A stretch of 32,000 bases of DNA from Patescibacteria group bacterium (lineage in GTDB: Bacteria > Patescibacteriota > Minisyncoccia > UBA6257 > HR35). The DNA lies in contig JAUQQN010000002.1 of assembly GCA_030549845.1 (NCBI GenBank), positions 30,001 through 62,000 on the forward strand, in the 5' to 3' direction. The position numbers were made by a program, and so were the translations under genes. Within the stretch, counting starts at the first letter, position 1. Every line of letters starts with the position of its first letter. Of the stretch, positions 1-6,991 are shown in pieces. The notes below the pieces were generated by a model that saw nothing but the letters and a program-made list of their open reading frames with translations, was not told the origin of the DNA and ran no database searches.

Positions 1-126
1 GCAGCAAGAATTTTGGATATCCTTGAAGAAAAAGGAATAGTAGGCCCTCAAGAAGGAACTAAGCCAAGAAAAGTTTTAATTGATAAACTTGAAGAAAATT
101 CTAATGACTCAAACAACATACTTTAA
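1..126 (+). CDS. ftsK: C-terminal fragment of FtsK/SpoIIIE-type DNA translocase (gamma winged-helix domain); 5' end lies outside the window
   Basis: Frame 1 reads AARILDILEEKGIVGPQEGTKPRKVLIDKLEENSNDSNNIL, then TAA at 124-126. The LEEKGIVGP..G.KPR.VL string matches the conserved end of the FtsK gamma domain. It is absent from the ORF track because it has no in-window start. Confidence 0.5.
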   Translation, partial: AARILDILEEKGIVGPQEGTKPRKVLIDKLEENSNDSNNIL

Positions 127-706
127 GGACTTGAGAGAAAAGAAAAATATAACTAAAGAAAGCTTGGCTAAAATTCTAAAGATTTCAGAAGCACAAATAG
201 AAATAATAGAAAAAGGAGAGTTTGATAAATTACCATTTTTTGTTTTAAAAGAAATTCTTAGGAGGTATAAAATTTTTTTTAAAATACCTGATGAAATAAT
301 CAAAGAAATTTATCAACAGCAAAAAATAAAAACTACAGAAGAGAAAAACAAAATCAAAACCCAACCTCGTTTTTTATTGAATTTCCCTCTTCTTTTTGTT
401 GTATTTTTAATCCTTATATTATTTTTTATTTATCAATTCTATGAATTAATATCTCCTCCTGTAATCAGAATCATTTATCCTCCTAATAATTTTTATTCAC
501 CATACAGGCAAATTGCTATAAAAGGATATGTAGATAAAAGAAGTAATTTTTTTATAAATAAAGAACAAGTTTTTTATGACAATAAAGGATATTTTGAAAA
601 AAATGTTATTTTAAGGCAAGGAGCTAATAAATTCGTTTTAGAAGCCATAAATTATTTCGGGGTCAAAAACACAAAAGTTTTAACAATTTATTACATCAAA
701 TATTAA
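104..706 (+). CDS. HTH-domain single-pass membrane protein, RodZ-like
   Basis: Track ORF 80..706. The ATG at 104 (MTQTTYFKDLREKKNITKESLAKILKISEAQIEIIEKGEF) gives an N-terminal XRE/RodZ-type HTH. This is followed by a TM helix (FPLLFVVFLILILFFIYQFY) and a beta-rich C-terminal domain. The TTG at 80 is less likely because it lies deeper inside ftsK. Confidence 0.5.
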   Translation: MTQTTYFKDLREKKNITKESLAKILKISEAQIEIIEKGEFDKLPFFVLKEILRRYKIFFKIPDEIIKEIYQQQKIKTTEEKNKIKTQPRFLLNFPLLFVVFLILILFFIYQFYELISPPVIRIIYPPNNFYSPYRQIAIKGYVDKRSNFFINKEQVFYDNKGYFEKNVILRQGANKFVLEAINYFGVKNTKVLTIYYIKY

Positions 707-1694
707 TTTTTATAATATCACCTTCTTTTACTATATAATCCTTGCCCACTATCATGATTTCTCCTTTATTTTTTGCTTCAGTCCAATCTTTTATTTGTAA
801 AAATTTATCAATATTAATAACTTCTGCTGATTTAAATTTTTTTTCAAAATCGGAATGGATCTTTCTTGCAGCTTCAAGTATATTCGAACCATTTTCTAAA
901 AACCATGATTGTGTTATTTCTTTTGTAAAGGTATAAAATTCTATAAAATTTATATCTTTTCTGAATTGGTTTAAGAAAATAGACTTTTGTGATTTAAATT
1001 CTTTTTTCAAGCTTTCGTCTTCTTCAATTTCTAATTCAAATTTAAAATCCATTTGATAAATTCTTTTGAAACAAAGGTTTTGGAATTTTTTAATATCTAT
1101 TTCTTCCCCATTAATTATTAGATACCAGTCTTTTGTAATAAGGAGATTATATTCTTTTAATGCATCATTCAACTCAGGAAATCTTTGAAATGGTTTAATT
1201 TCATTTTTTAATTTCAACAGTAATTCAGCTTTTTCTTTATCTTTTGCTTTTTTTTGAATATTTTGTAGGTTTTCTTCTATTATTCTTTTATCTGCTTCTA
1301 TAATTTCTTCCTCTATTATCAAAATATCTCTTTCTGGATTTATGTCCCCTTCCATATGTAAAACCTCTTCATTTTTAAAATTTCTCACTACCTCCAAAAT
1401 CACATCACAAGATCTTAAATAACTTAAAAATTCGTTACCTAAACCTAACCCCATATGAGATCCTTTTATTAATCCTGGAATATCTACAAATTCTAAAAAT
1501 GCAGGAGTAAGTTCTTTTGTGCACGTAATTTTATAAAGATCCAAAAGTTTTTCTGAAATTACTAAAGCAATAGCTATATTTGGTTTTTTTGTGGTAAATG
1601 GATAATTTGCTATTTCAACCTCTTTTGTTGTTAGTAATTTTAAAAGAGTGGATTTTCCAGCATTAGGTAAACCGCATAATCCTATTTTTTTCAT
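696..1694 (-). CDS. ychF: Ribosome-binding ATPase YchF (Obg-like GTPase family)
   Basis: It has an N-terminal P-loop (GLCGLPNAGKSTLLKLLT), a DIPGLIKG switch and a C-terminal TGS-like end (GKDYIVKEGDIIKINI). The stop is TGA at 696-698. Confidence 0.85.
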   Translation of the reverse strand: MKKIGLCGLPNAGKSTLLKLLTTKEVEIANYPFTTKKPNIAIALVISEKLLDLYKITCTKELTPAFLEFVDIPGLIKGSHMGLGLGNEFLSYLRSCDVILEVVRNFKNEEVLHMEGDINPERDILIIEEEIIEADKRIIEENLQNIQKKAKDKEKAELLLKLKNEIKPFQRFPELNDALKEYNLLITKDWYLIINGEEIDIKKFQNLCFKRIYQMDFKFELEIEEDESLKKEFKSQKSIFLNQFRKDINFIEFYTFTKEITQSWFLENGSNILEAARKIHSDFEKKFKSAEVINIDKFLQIKDWTEAKNKGEIMIVGKDYIVKEGDIIKINI

Positions 1695-1709
1695 TTTAAA
1701 ATTTTAAGT

Positions 1710-1715
1710 TATAAT
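1710..1715 (+). promoter_or_regulatory. Candidate -10 box (TATAAT) for the tRNA-Val/tRNA-Leu/infB/rbfA unit
   Basis: TATAAT lies at 1710-1715, 23 nt upstream of the tRNA-Val 5' end, in the divergent spacer with ychF. There is no convincing -35. AT-rich background makes chance hexamers common. Confidence 0.25.
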
Positions 1716-1738
1716 TTTATAAATTAAACTTAAAGATA

Positions 1739-1811
1739 GGGCGGTTAGCTCAGTTGGCAGAGCGTCTCGTTGACGTCGAGAAGGTCGCAGGTTCGAGTCC
1801 TGCACCGCCCA
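1739..1811 (+). tRNA. tRNA-Val (anticodon GAC)
   Basis: The hand-folded cloverleaf is: acceptor GGGCGGT/ACCGCCC, D arm GCTC-AGTTGGCA-GAGC, anticodon arm TCTCG-TTGACGT-CGAGA, T arm GCAGG-TTCGAGT-CCTGC, discriminator A. No CCA is encoded. Confidence 0.9.
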
Positions 1812-1835
1812 ATTGTTATTACTTTATTAGTTTTA

Positions 1836-1919
1836 GCCCGGGTGGCGGAATTGGTAGACGCGCAAGGCTTAGGACCTTGTGGGCTTTTGCCCTTGAGGGT
1901 TCGAATCCCTCCCCGGGCA
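1836..1919 (+). tRNA. tRNA-Leu (anticodon TAG), class II with long variable arm
   Basis: The fold is: acceptor GCCCGGG/CCCGGGC, anticodon arm CAAGG-CTTAGGA-CCTTG, variable hairpin GGGC-TTTT-GCCC, T arm GAGGG-TTCGAAT-CCCTC, discriminator A. No CCA is encoded. Confidence 0.9.
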
Positions 1920-1927
1920 TTTTAAAA

Positions 1928-3373
1928 ATGAAAAAAAGGCCTCCTATCGTAGCTATTTTCGGGCACATTGATCATGGAAAAACTACATTACTTGATACTA
2001 TTCAAAAAACAAAAATAACAGAAACAGAGGCAGGAGGAATCACTCAAAAAGTAAGTGCTTATGAAATTGAGTATAAAAATGAAAGGATTACTTTTATTGA
2101 TACGCCTGGTCATGAAGCTTTTGAAAAACTTAGAGAAAAAGGAGCAAAAGTTGCTGACATTGGGATTTTAGTAGTAGCAGCAGATGAAGGAGTAAAACAA
2201 CAAACTATAGAATCCATAGAGCTTATAAAGCACAATAATCTTCCATTCATTGTAGCTATTAATAAGATAGACAAACCAAATGCTAATCCAGAAAAAGTAA
2301 AAAAGGATTTGAGTGAATTAGGAGTAATTGTAGAAGATTGGGGCGGCGATGTACCTTGTGTAAATATATCTGCATTAAAAGGAATAAATATTGATGAACT
2401 TTTAGATTTAATATTAATTCTTGCAGGTTTACTTGACTTAAAATATGAGGAAAATAAAAACGGTGAAGGCTATATTTTAGAGGCTACAAAAGATCCTAAA
2501 AGAGGAATTTTAGCTGGGTGTATTGTTCTAAATGGTACAGTAAAAGTTGGAGATTATATTGTAACTTCTTCAGCTTATGGAAAGATTAGATTTATGGAAG
2601 ATAGTTTTGGAAGACCAATAACCAAAGCTCTTCCAAGTACTCCGGTTTTAATAGGAGGATTTGAAAGCCTGCCTTTTGCTGGAGAAATATTTAAAATAGG
2701 CACTAAAAATGAAATAGAAAAAATTAAAAGTGAATTAGAGGATTATGAATTAAGTTTTAAAAAGCCTATAATTGTAGGCAAAGAAGAAGCCGAATTAGAG
2801 ATATTTTTAATAATAAAAGCAGATCTTATAGGTTCTATTGAAGGGATAATAAAATTTTTAGAAAAAATCGCTTCAGAAAAAAATCTTAAATTCAAAATAA
2901 TAAAAAAAGACATAGGATTAGTAACTATTGATGATTTGAAATTAGCCAAAGAAGCTGGAGCTTTTATAATATCATTTAATTTAAAAAATCCCAAATCAAT
3001 CCACGAAGAAGTTAAAAATTTAAATTTAAATTTAATAGAAATAAATGTGATTTACGAACTAGAAGAGATTATAGAGGAACTTATAGAAATTCAAAAACAA
3101 CAAAGCAAAGAAAAGGGGAGATTAGAAGTGTTAGCAACATTTTCTAAAACAGCAAACAAAAAAACAATTGGTGGGAAAGTCATAAGTGGGAAAATCTCTT
3201 TAAATGACAAAGTTTTGATCTTAAAAGATGAAGCAATTATCGGAAGAGGTAAAGTAATTAGTTTAGAATCAAACAAAATACCAGTGAGTGAAGTTACAGA
3301 AGGCAATTTATGTGGTTTAATTGTAAATACTAAAACTGACATAAATGTAGGAGATGTTTTAGTTGTAATATAA
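1928..3373 (+). CDS. infB: Translation initiation factor IF-2, short form (about 481 aa) starting directly at the G domain
   Basis: Track ORF 1754..3373 runs through both tRNAs, so the real start is the ATG at 1928 (MKKRPPIVAIFGHIDHGKTTLLD). It has G motifs DTPGHEAF and NKID, and downstream beta-barrel and C-terminal domains. Confidence 0.9.
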   Translation: MKKRPPIVAIFGHIDHGKTTLLDTIQKTKITETEAGGITQKVSAYEIEYKNERITFIDTPGHEAFEKLREKGAKVADIGILVVAADEGVKQQTIESIELIKHNNLPFIVAINKIDKPNANPEKVKKDLSELGVIVEDWGGDVPCVNISALKGINIDELLDLILILAGLLDLKYEENKNGEGYILEATKDPKRGILAGCIVLNGTVKVGDYIVTSSAYGKIRFMEDSFGRPITKALPSTPVLIGGFESLPFAGEIFKIGTKNEIEKIKSELEDYELSFKKPIIVGKEEAELEIFLIIKADLIGSIEGIIKFLEKIASEKNLKFKIIKKDIGLVTIDDLKLAKEAGAFIISFNLKNPKSIHEEVKNLNLNLIEINVIYELEEIIEELIEIQKQQSKEKGRLEVLATFSKTANKKTIGGKVISGKISLNDKVLILKDEAIIGRGKVISLESNKIPVSEVTEGNLCGLIVNTKTDINVGDVLVVI

Positions 3374-3374
3374 T

Positions 3375-3707
3375 ATGAGAGGAGAAAGAAAAAAATTCTT
3401 AGTAATAGAAAAACTTTCTGAAATTTTAGAAACAATAATAAAAGGCGAAGTAGTGTTTACTATTTTAAATGTAAGTTTACCTCAAAAGGGTGGGGTTATG
3501 AAGGTTTATTTAAGTATTTTTCCTGATGAGAAGGCTGAAACTATCATAAAAGAATTAAATAAAGAGTCTGCCAAAATTAAAAATGAGCTTAAAAATAAAA
3601 TTTATTTAAGATATTTACCCAAAAAAATTGTTTTTAAATACTCTAGTGATTTGAAAGAGGCTCAAATTATAGATAAAATATTAAAAGAAGAAAAAGAGGG
3701 TTTATAA
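3375..3707 (+). CDS. rbfA: Ribosome-binding factor A
   Basis: The ORF is 110 aa and lies immediately after infB with a 1-nt gap, which is the conserved infB-rbfA order. It shows a KH-like RbfA pattern (VVFTILNVSLPQKGGVMKVYLSIF ... KIYLRYLPKKIVFKYS). Confidence 0.75.
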   Translation: MRGERKKFLVIEKLSEILETIIKGEVVFTILNVSLPQKGGVMKVYLSIFPDEKAETIIKELNKESAKIKNELKNKIYLRYLPKKIVFKYSSDLKEAQIIDKILKEEKEGL

Positions 3708-3715
3708 TTAAAAAA

Positions 3716-3787
3716 GGCACGGTGCCCGAGCGGTTAGGGAGCGGTCTGCAAAACCGTTTTACGTGGGTTCGAATCCCACCCGTGCCT
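3716..3787 (+). tRNA. tRNA-Cys (anticodon GCA)
   Basis: The fold is: acceptor GGCACGG/CCGTGCC, anticodon arm GCGGT-CTGCAAA-ACCGT, T arm GTGGG-TTCGAAT-CCCAC, discriminator T (typical for Cys). It starts 8 nt after the rbfA stop. Confidence 0.85.
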
Positions 3788-3793
3788 ATAAAA

Positions 3794-3865
3794 GGCCCCG
3801 TCGTCTAACGGACAGGACACCGCTCTTTCAAGGCGGAAATACGGGTTCGACTCCCGTCGGGGCCA
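3794..3865 (+). tRNA. tRNA-Glu (anticodon TTC)
   Basis: The fold is: acceptor GGCCCCG/CGGGGCC, anticodon arm CCGCT-CTTTCAA-GGCGG, T arm ACGGG-TTCGACT-CCCGT, discriminator A. Confidence 0.9.
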
Positions 3866-3883
3866 AAACTTAGACTTATAAAA

Positions 3884-3909
3884 ACAAGGGGGCAATTATG
3901 CCCCCTTGT
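3884..3909. terminator. Bidirectional intrinsic terminator hairpin
   Basis: A perfect 10-bp GC-rich stem (ACAAGGGGGC / GCCCCCTTGT) carries a 6-nt loop (AATTAT). It is flanked by an A-run on the 5' side and a T-run on the 3' side, so either strand reads hairpin plus U-tract. It sits between the convergent tRNA-Glu and the 79-aa ORF that ends the rplJL string. Confidence 0.65.
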
Positions 3910-3978
3910 TTAAATATAAAGTTAATATGAAATTTAATTAATTTAAAAAAATCAAAAAGAAAACATACATTATAGATT

Positions 3979-4218
3979 TTATGGTTGAACTTCTGGAGAA
4001 GGTGTAGCTTCTGGAGATGGTGTAGCTTCTGGTGATGGTGTAGGTACAGGAGGAACTTCAGGAGCAGGAGGAACTTCAGGAGCAACAGGTACTTCCGGAG
4101 CAGATGGTGTTGGAACACTAGCACTTCTTTGTTGAACCCACCACCAAGCAACTAAACCTATAACTACCAATACTACTAATACTACGACAATTGTAACTAT
4201 ATTTTTATTATTTTCCAT
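3979..4218 (-). CDS. Small membrane-anchored protein with proline-rich tandem hexapeptide repeats
   Basis: The 79-aa product has one TM helix (IVTIVVVLVVLVVIGLVAWWW). The tail reads APEVPV/APEVPP/APEVPP then TPSPEA x3. It is the last ORF on the minus strand after rplL and is followed by the terminator. Confidence 0.55.
   Translation of the reverse strand: MENNKNIVTIVVVLVVLVVIGLVAWWWVQQRSASVPTPSAPEVPVAPEVPPAPEVPPVPTPSPEATPSPEATPSPEVQP
3991..4101 (-). repeat. Six tandem 18-nt units (two subfamilies of three) encoding the Pro-rich hexapeptides
   Basis: On the plus strand the units are ttctggagaaggtgtagc / ttctggagatggtgtagc / ttctggtgatggtgtagg, then (tac)aggaggaacttcaggagc / aggaggaacttcaggagc / aacaggtacttccggagc. 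Confidence 0.8.
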
Positions 4219-4284
4219 TTTTGATTTTTAATTTTAAAGTTAATTACACCCGACCTTTAATCTTCTTAATTATAAAAAATTTTT

Positions 4285-4662
4285 TTACTTAATAGAAACC
4301 TTTCCTCCAGCTGATTCGATTTTTTCTTTTATCTTATTAGCTTCTTCTTGACTAATATTTTCTTTAATAACCTTAGGAACATTGTCAACCATATCTTTGG
4401 CCTCCTTGAGTCCTAGATTAGGTAATATTTCTCTTAAAGCTTTTATAACTTGAATCTTATTTTCTCCAGCATCTATAAGCTCAACTGTAACTGTAGATGA
4501 AACTGAAGGTTTTTCTGTTGTTTCTTGAGTTACTACTGGGGCAGTAAAAACAGGCATTGAAACAGCACCAAATTTTTCTTCTAAAGCTTTTATAAGCTCA
4601 TTAAGCTCTAAAACAGAAAGACTTTCAATTTCCTCGATTATTTTTTTTATTTTCTCATCCAT
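4285..4662 (-). CDS. rplL: 50S ribosomal protein L7/L12
   Basis: The 125-aa product has an N-terminal dimerisation helix (IIEEIESLSVLELNELIKALEEKFG), a flexible hinge, and a C-terminal domain (VIKALREILPNLGLKEAKDMVDNVPKVIKENISQEEANKIKEKIESAGGKV). Confidence 0.92.
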   Translation of the reverse strand: MDEKIKKIIEEIESLSVLELNELIKALEEKFGAVSMPVFTAPVVTQETTEKPSVSSTVTVELIDAGENKIQVIKALREILPNLGLKEAKDMVDNVPKVIKENISQEEANKIKEKIESAGGKVSIK

Positions 4663-4665
4663 TAT

Positions 4666-5184
4666 TTAATTAGAAATTTCAAATTTTTTAATATTACTTA
4701 CGACCATATTTAATTTAATAAATGGATTTTTCAAGGTGAAACAAAGTTTTTGAAAGGGATTCTTTAAAGAATATATTAATTTTGACCTCAGCACTTCAAT
4801 AGAAGGTAATTCTCCTATCTCAAGAATTTCTTCTTTTGTTAGTATCCTATTGCCCAGAACCCCCTTAATGATATTTATTTGAAAATTCTTAGAAAACTCT
4901 AATAATTTTTTAAAAATTTGCAAATTATCTTTAAAGAATAACATTCCAAAAGGTTGTTTAAATTCTTCTAATTCCAAATCTAAAGGAAAATTAGGTATGG
5001 CTTTTTTTATCAATGTTTTTTTGAAAACTTTAAAAACACCGCCTTCTTTTTTTATTGAGTCCTTAAAGATTTTTTGTTCTTCTCCTTTAAGCTTAAGGAG
5101 GCTAATTAAAATTATTGTTGAATAATTTTCTAAAAGTTCTTTTAGTTCTAAGATTATTTGAGCTTTTTCTTTTTTTGTTTTCAT
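4666..5184 (-). CDS. rplJ: 50S ribosomal protein L10
   Basis: The 172-aa ORF lies directly upstream of rplL with a 3-nt gap. The N-terminus (KKEKAQIILELKELLENYSTIILISLLKLKGEEQKIFKDSIKKEGGVFKVFKKTL) fits the L10 pattern. Confidence 0.85.
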   Translation of the reverse strand: MKTKKEKAQIILELKELLENYSTIILISLLKLKGEEQKIFKDSIKKEGGVFKVFKKTLIKKAIPNFPLDLELEEFKQPFGMLFFKDNLQIFKKLLEFSKNFQINIIKGVLGNRILTKEEILEIGELPSIEVLRSKLIYSLKNPFQKLCFTLKNPFIKLNMVVSNIKKFEISN

Positions 5185-5252
5185 TGCTGATCTCGTAAGG
5201 CCTTACGGCTTTAAAATGCCTGCCTTACTTCTTCGATCTAATTTAAAACTTT
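5185..5252 (-). promoter_or_regulatory. Putative rplJ (L10) leader RNA with competing hairpins
   Basis: This is the only GC-rich patch in the spacer. The transcript reads GAUCGAAGAAGUAAGGCAGGCAUUUUAAAGCCGUAAGGCCUUACGAGAUCAGCA-AUG. Two copies of GUAAGGC can pair with a single GCCUUAC. The position matches known L10/L12 autoregulatory leaders. Confidence 0.35.
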
Positions 5253-5258
5253 AAAACA

Positions 5259-5286
5259 ATTATAAAAAATTTAAAACAATAGTCAA
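5259..5286 (-). promoter_or_regulatory. Sigma70-type promoter for rplJ-rplL (TTGACT-16 nt-TATAAT)
   Basis: On the minus strand TTGACT is the reverse complement of 5281-5286 and TATAAT is the reverse complement of 5259-5264, with a 16-nt spacer. It lies about 75 nt upstream of the rplJ ATG. Confidence 0.5.
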
Positions 5287-5299
5287 GTTTGTAAAATAT

Positions 5300-6205
5300 T
5301 TAATCAAACCTTTCTTCAAAGTATTTTTTATAAATTTCTTTAAGTTCTGGTTTTGCTATGTGAGTGTATATCTGGGTTGTTGAGATATTTTTATGACCTA
5401 ATAATTCTTGAACAAACCTTAAATTAACTCCTTTGGAAACCAAAATTGTAGCTAATTGATGTCTTAAAACATGAGGATGGATATCTTTTAATATCCCTGC
5501 TTTTTTTGCATAATATTTAATTATTTTTTGAATTGCTCTAGGGGTTATTCTTTTAGGGGGCATATTTTTTGCTAAAGAAATAAAAAGGGCTGGGTTATCA
5601 TCGTTTCTTTGTGATAGGTAATCATATATAGCTTTTTTTGCTCTCTCAGATAAAAAAACAGTTCTTATTCTTCCTCCTTTTCCTTTAATTACAATTTCTC
5701 CTTTTTCTAAATCTATATCTTTATTTAAACTACAAAGCTCGGAAATTCTAAGCCCTGTGCTAAGTAATGTTTCTAAAATAGCCTTGTCTCTTAAAGCCTT
5801 TAATGATTTTCCTTCTGGAGAATTTAATAATCTGTTCAGCTCTTTTTCAGTTAAAACTTTGATTTCTCTTTCTGGTAGTTTAGGAAGTTCTATTGTGGAT
5901 GGATCGATCGTATTTAAATTTTTATTATTTCTTAAAAACTTGAAAAACATCCTTAAAACAACCAAATAATGAGCTTGGGTTGTTTTAGAAAGTTTTTTAT
6001 CACTCAAATATACCCTAAATCTCCAAATATCTTCTTTATTAATTTTTGTAGGATCTTTATAGTTAAGCCAATTAAAAAATTTTTTCAACCTGCTTTGGTA
6101 AATTTTCAATGTTCCAATTGACCTATTTTTTGCTACTTCAATATATTTCAGGAATTCTAAAATTAAAGATTTAACATAATTTTTCGCATCTTGTTTTTCC
6201 ACCAT
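5300..6205 (-). CDS. Tyrosine site-specific recombinase, XerC/XerD family
   Basis: It has an N-terminal SAM-like domain and a catalytic domain with RDKAILETLLSTGLRISEL, HVLRHQLAT and LLGHKNISTTQIYTHI (R..H-R-H/Y signature). The track start at 6256 overlaps rpsO head-to-head, so the ATG at 6205 (MVEKQDAKNY) is more plausible. Confidence 0.8.
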   Translation of the reverse strand: MVEKQDAKNYVKSLILEFLKYIEVAKNRSIGTLKIYQSRLKKFFNWLNYKDPTKINKEDIWRFRVYLSDKKLSKTTQAHYLVVLRMFFKFLRNNKNLNTIDPSTIELPKLPEREIKVLTEKELNRLLNSPEGKSLKALRDKAILETLLSTGLRISELCSLNKDIDLEKGEIVIKGKGGRIRTVFLSERAKKAIYDYLSQRNDDNPALFISLAKNMPPKRITPRAIQKIIKYYAKKAGILKDIHPHVLRHQLATILVSKGVNLRFVQELLGHKNISTTQIYTHIAKPELKEIYKKYFEERFD

Positions 6206-6219
6206 AAATATCTTAAAAT
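6191..6219 (+). promoter_or_regulatory. Candidate rpsO promoter (TTGTTT-17 nt-TAAAAT), with the -10 box 8 nt from the ATG
   Basis: TTGTTT lies at 6191-6196 and TAAAAT at 6214-6219. Eight nt then separate the -10 from the ATG at 6228, which implies a leaderless or 1-2 nt leader mRNA. Confidence 0.3.
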
Positions 6220-6227
6220 AATTATAA

Positions 6228-6485
6228 ATGGGAAGATTAAAAGTAGAAGAAATCATTAAAAAATTTGGAAGACATGAAAAAGACGCAGGTTCTCCAGAGG
6301 TTCAAATTGCTATTTTAACTGAGGAAATAATTAATCTTACAAAGCACCTTCAAAAAAATCCAAAAGACTATAACTCTAAAAGAGGATTAATTTTAAAAAT
6401 TGCTCATAGGAAAAAATTGCTTAAATATCTGCAGAGGAAATCCTTAGAAAGGTATAACAAGATAAAAAAACTTCTTAAGTTATGA
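6228..6485 (+). CDS. rpsO: 30S ribosomal protein S15
   Basis: The 85-aa product contains [48 protein letters not shown], the canonical S15 motif series. Confidence 0.92.
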   Translation: MGRLKVEEIIKKFGRHEKDAGSPEVQIAILTEEIINLTKHLQKNPKDYNSKRGLILKIAHRKKLLKYLQRKSLERYNKIKKLLKL

Positions 6486-6991
6486 ATCCTTTTGCTTACT
6501 CTTCTCAAAGAGTAGGAATTTTTATTGATACTCAAAATATTTATCATTCTGCTAGAAATTTTTATAATAAAAATGTTGACTTTGGAAAGTTAGTCTCTAT
6601 TTTAAATCAAAATAGAAACTTAATAAGAGCTATAGCTTATGTAATTAAATCGGATTTAAGCCCGAAAGAGATTTCTTTTTTCGAAGCTTTAATTTCGAAA
6701 GGAATTGAGCTTAGAATTAAAGATATAATTATATTGCCTGATGGTACAAAAAAAGCTGATTGGGATATAGGTATTGCTGTAGATGCAATAAGGCTTTCAA
6801 AATTTTTGGATGTTATAATTCTTGTAACAGGAGATGGTGATTTTGCTCCTTTAGTTGAATATTTAAAAAATCAAGGTAATATAGTAGAAATTGCTGGGTT
6901 TGGGAAAAATACTTCTACAAAATTAAAAGAATTAGCTGATTTTTATTATGATTTGGATGAATTAAGAGATTATATTTTAATACCAAAATGA
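6482..6991 (+). CDS. NYN (LabA-like, PIN-related) domain protein, predicted ribonuclease
   Basis: The motifs are [26 protein letters not shown] and [19 protein letters not shown], which are the conserved acidic residues of the NYN/LabA fold. ATGA start/stop overlaps occur on both sides (6482-6485 with rpsO, 6988-6991 with pnp). Confidence 0.75.
   Translation: MNPFAYSSQRVGIFIDTQNIYHSARNFYNKNVDFGKLVSILNQNRNLIRAIAYVIKSDLSPKEISFFEALISKGIELRIKDIIILPDGTKKADWDIGIAVDAIRLSKFLDVIILVTGDGDFAPLVEYLKNQGNIVEIAGFGKNTSTKLKELADFYYDLDELRDYILIPK

Noticed and set aside
1754-1927. N-terminal extension of the track ORF 1754..3373 (MAERLVDVEKVAGSSPAPP...) upstream of infB
   Set aside because: This stretch is the in-frame read-through of tRNA-Val and tRNA-Leu, and both fold into complete cloverleaves. 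The GC-rich 'peptide' is an artefact, and infB starts at 1928.
3876-4151. Alternative minus-strand ORF (91 aa, LLLLKFLL repeats) overlapping the Pro-rich ORF
   Set aside because: It is a shadow frame of the 18-nt repeats and it runs through the terminator hairpin. The 3979..4218 frame has an ATG, a clean TM helix and ends before the terminator.
5300-6256. Tyrosine recombinase as a marker of an integrated mobile element near the tRNA cluster
   Set aside because: The sequence is Xer-like and stands as a single gene. I see no flanking direct repeats, no partial tRNA duplication, no phage or plasmid genes and no composition shift. It is most simply the chromosomal dimer-resolution recombinase. 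The extra 17 N-terminal codons in the track ORF, which overlap rpsO, were also rejected.
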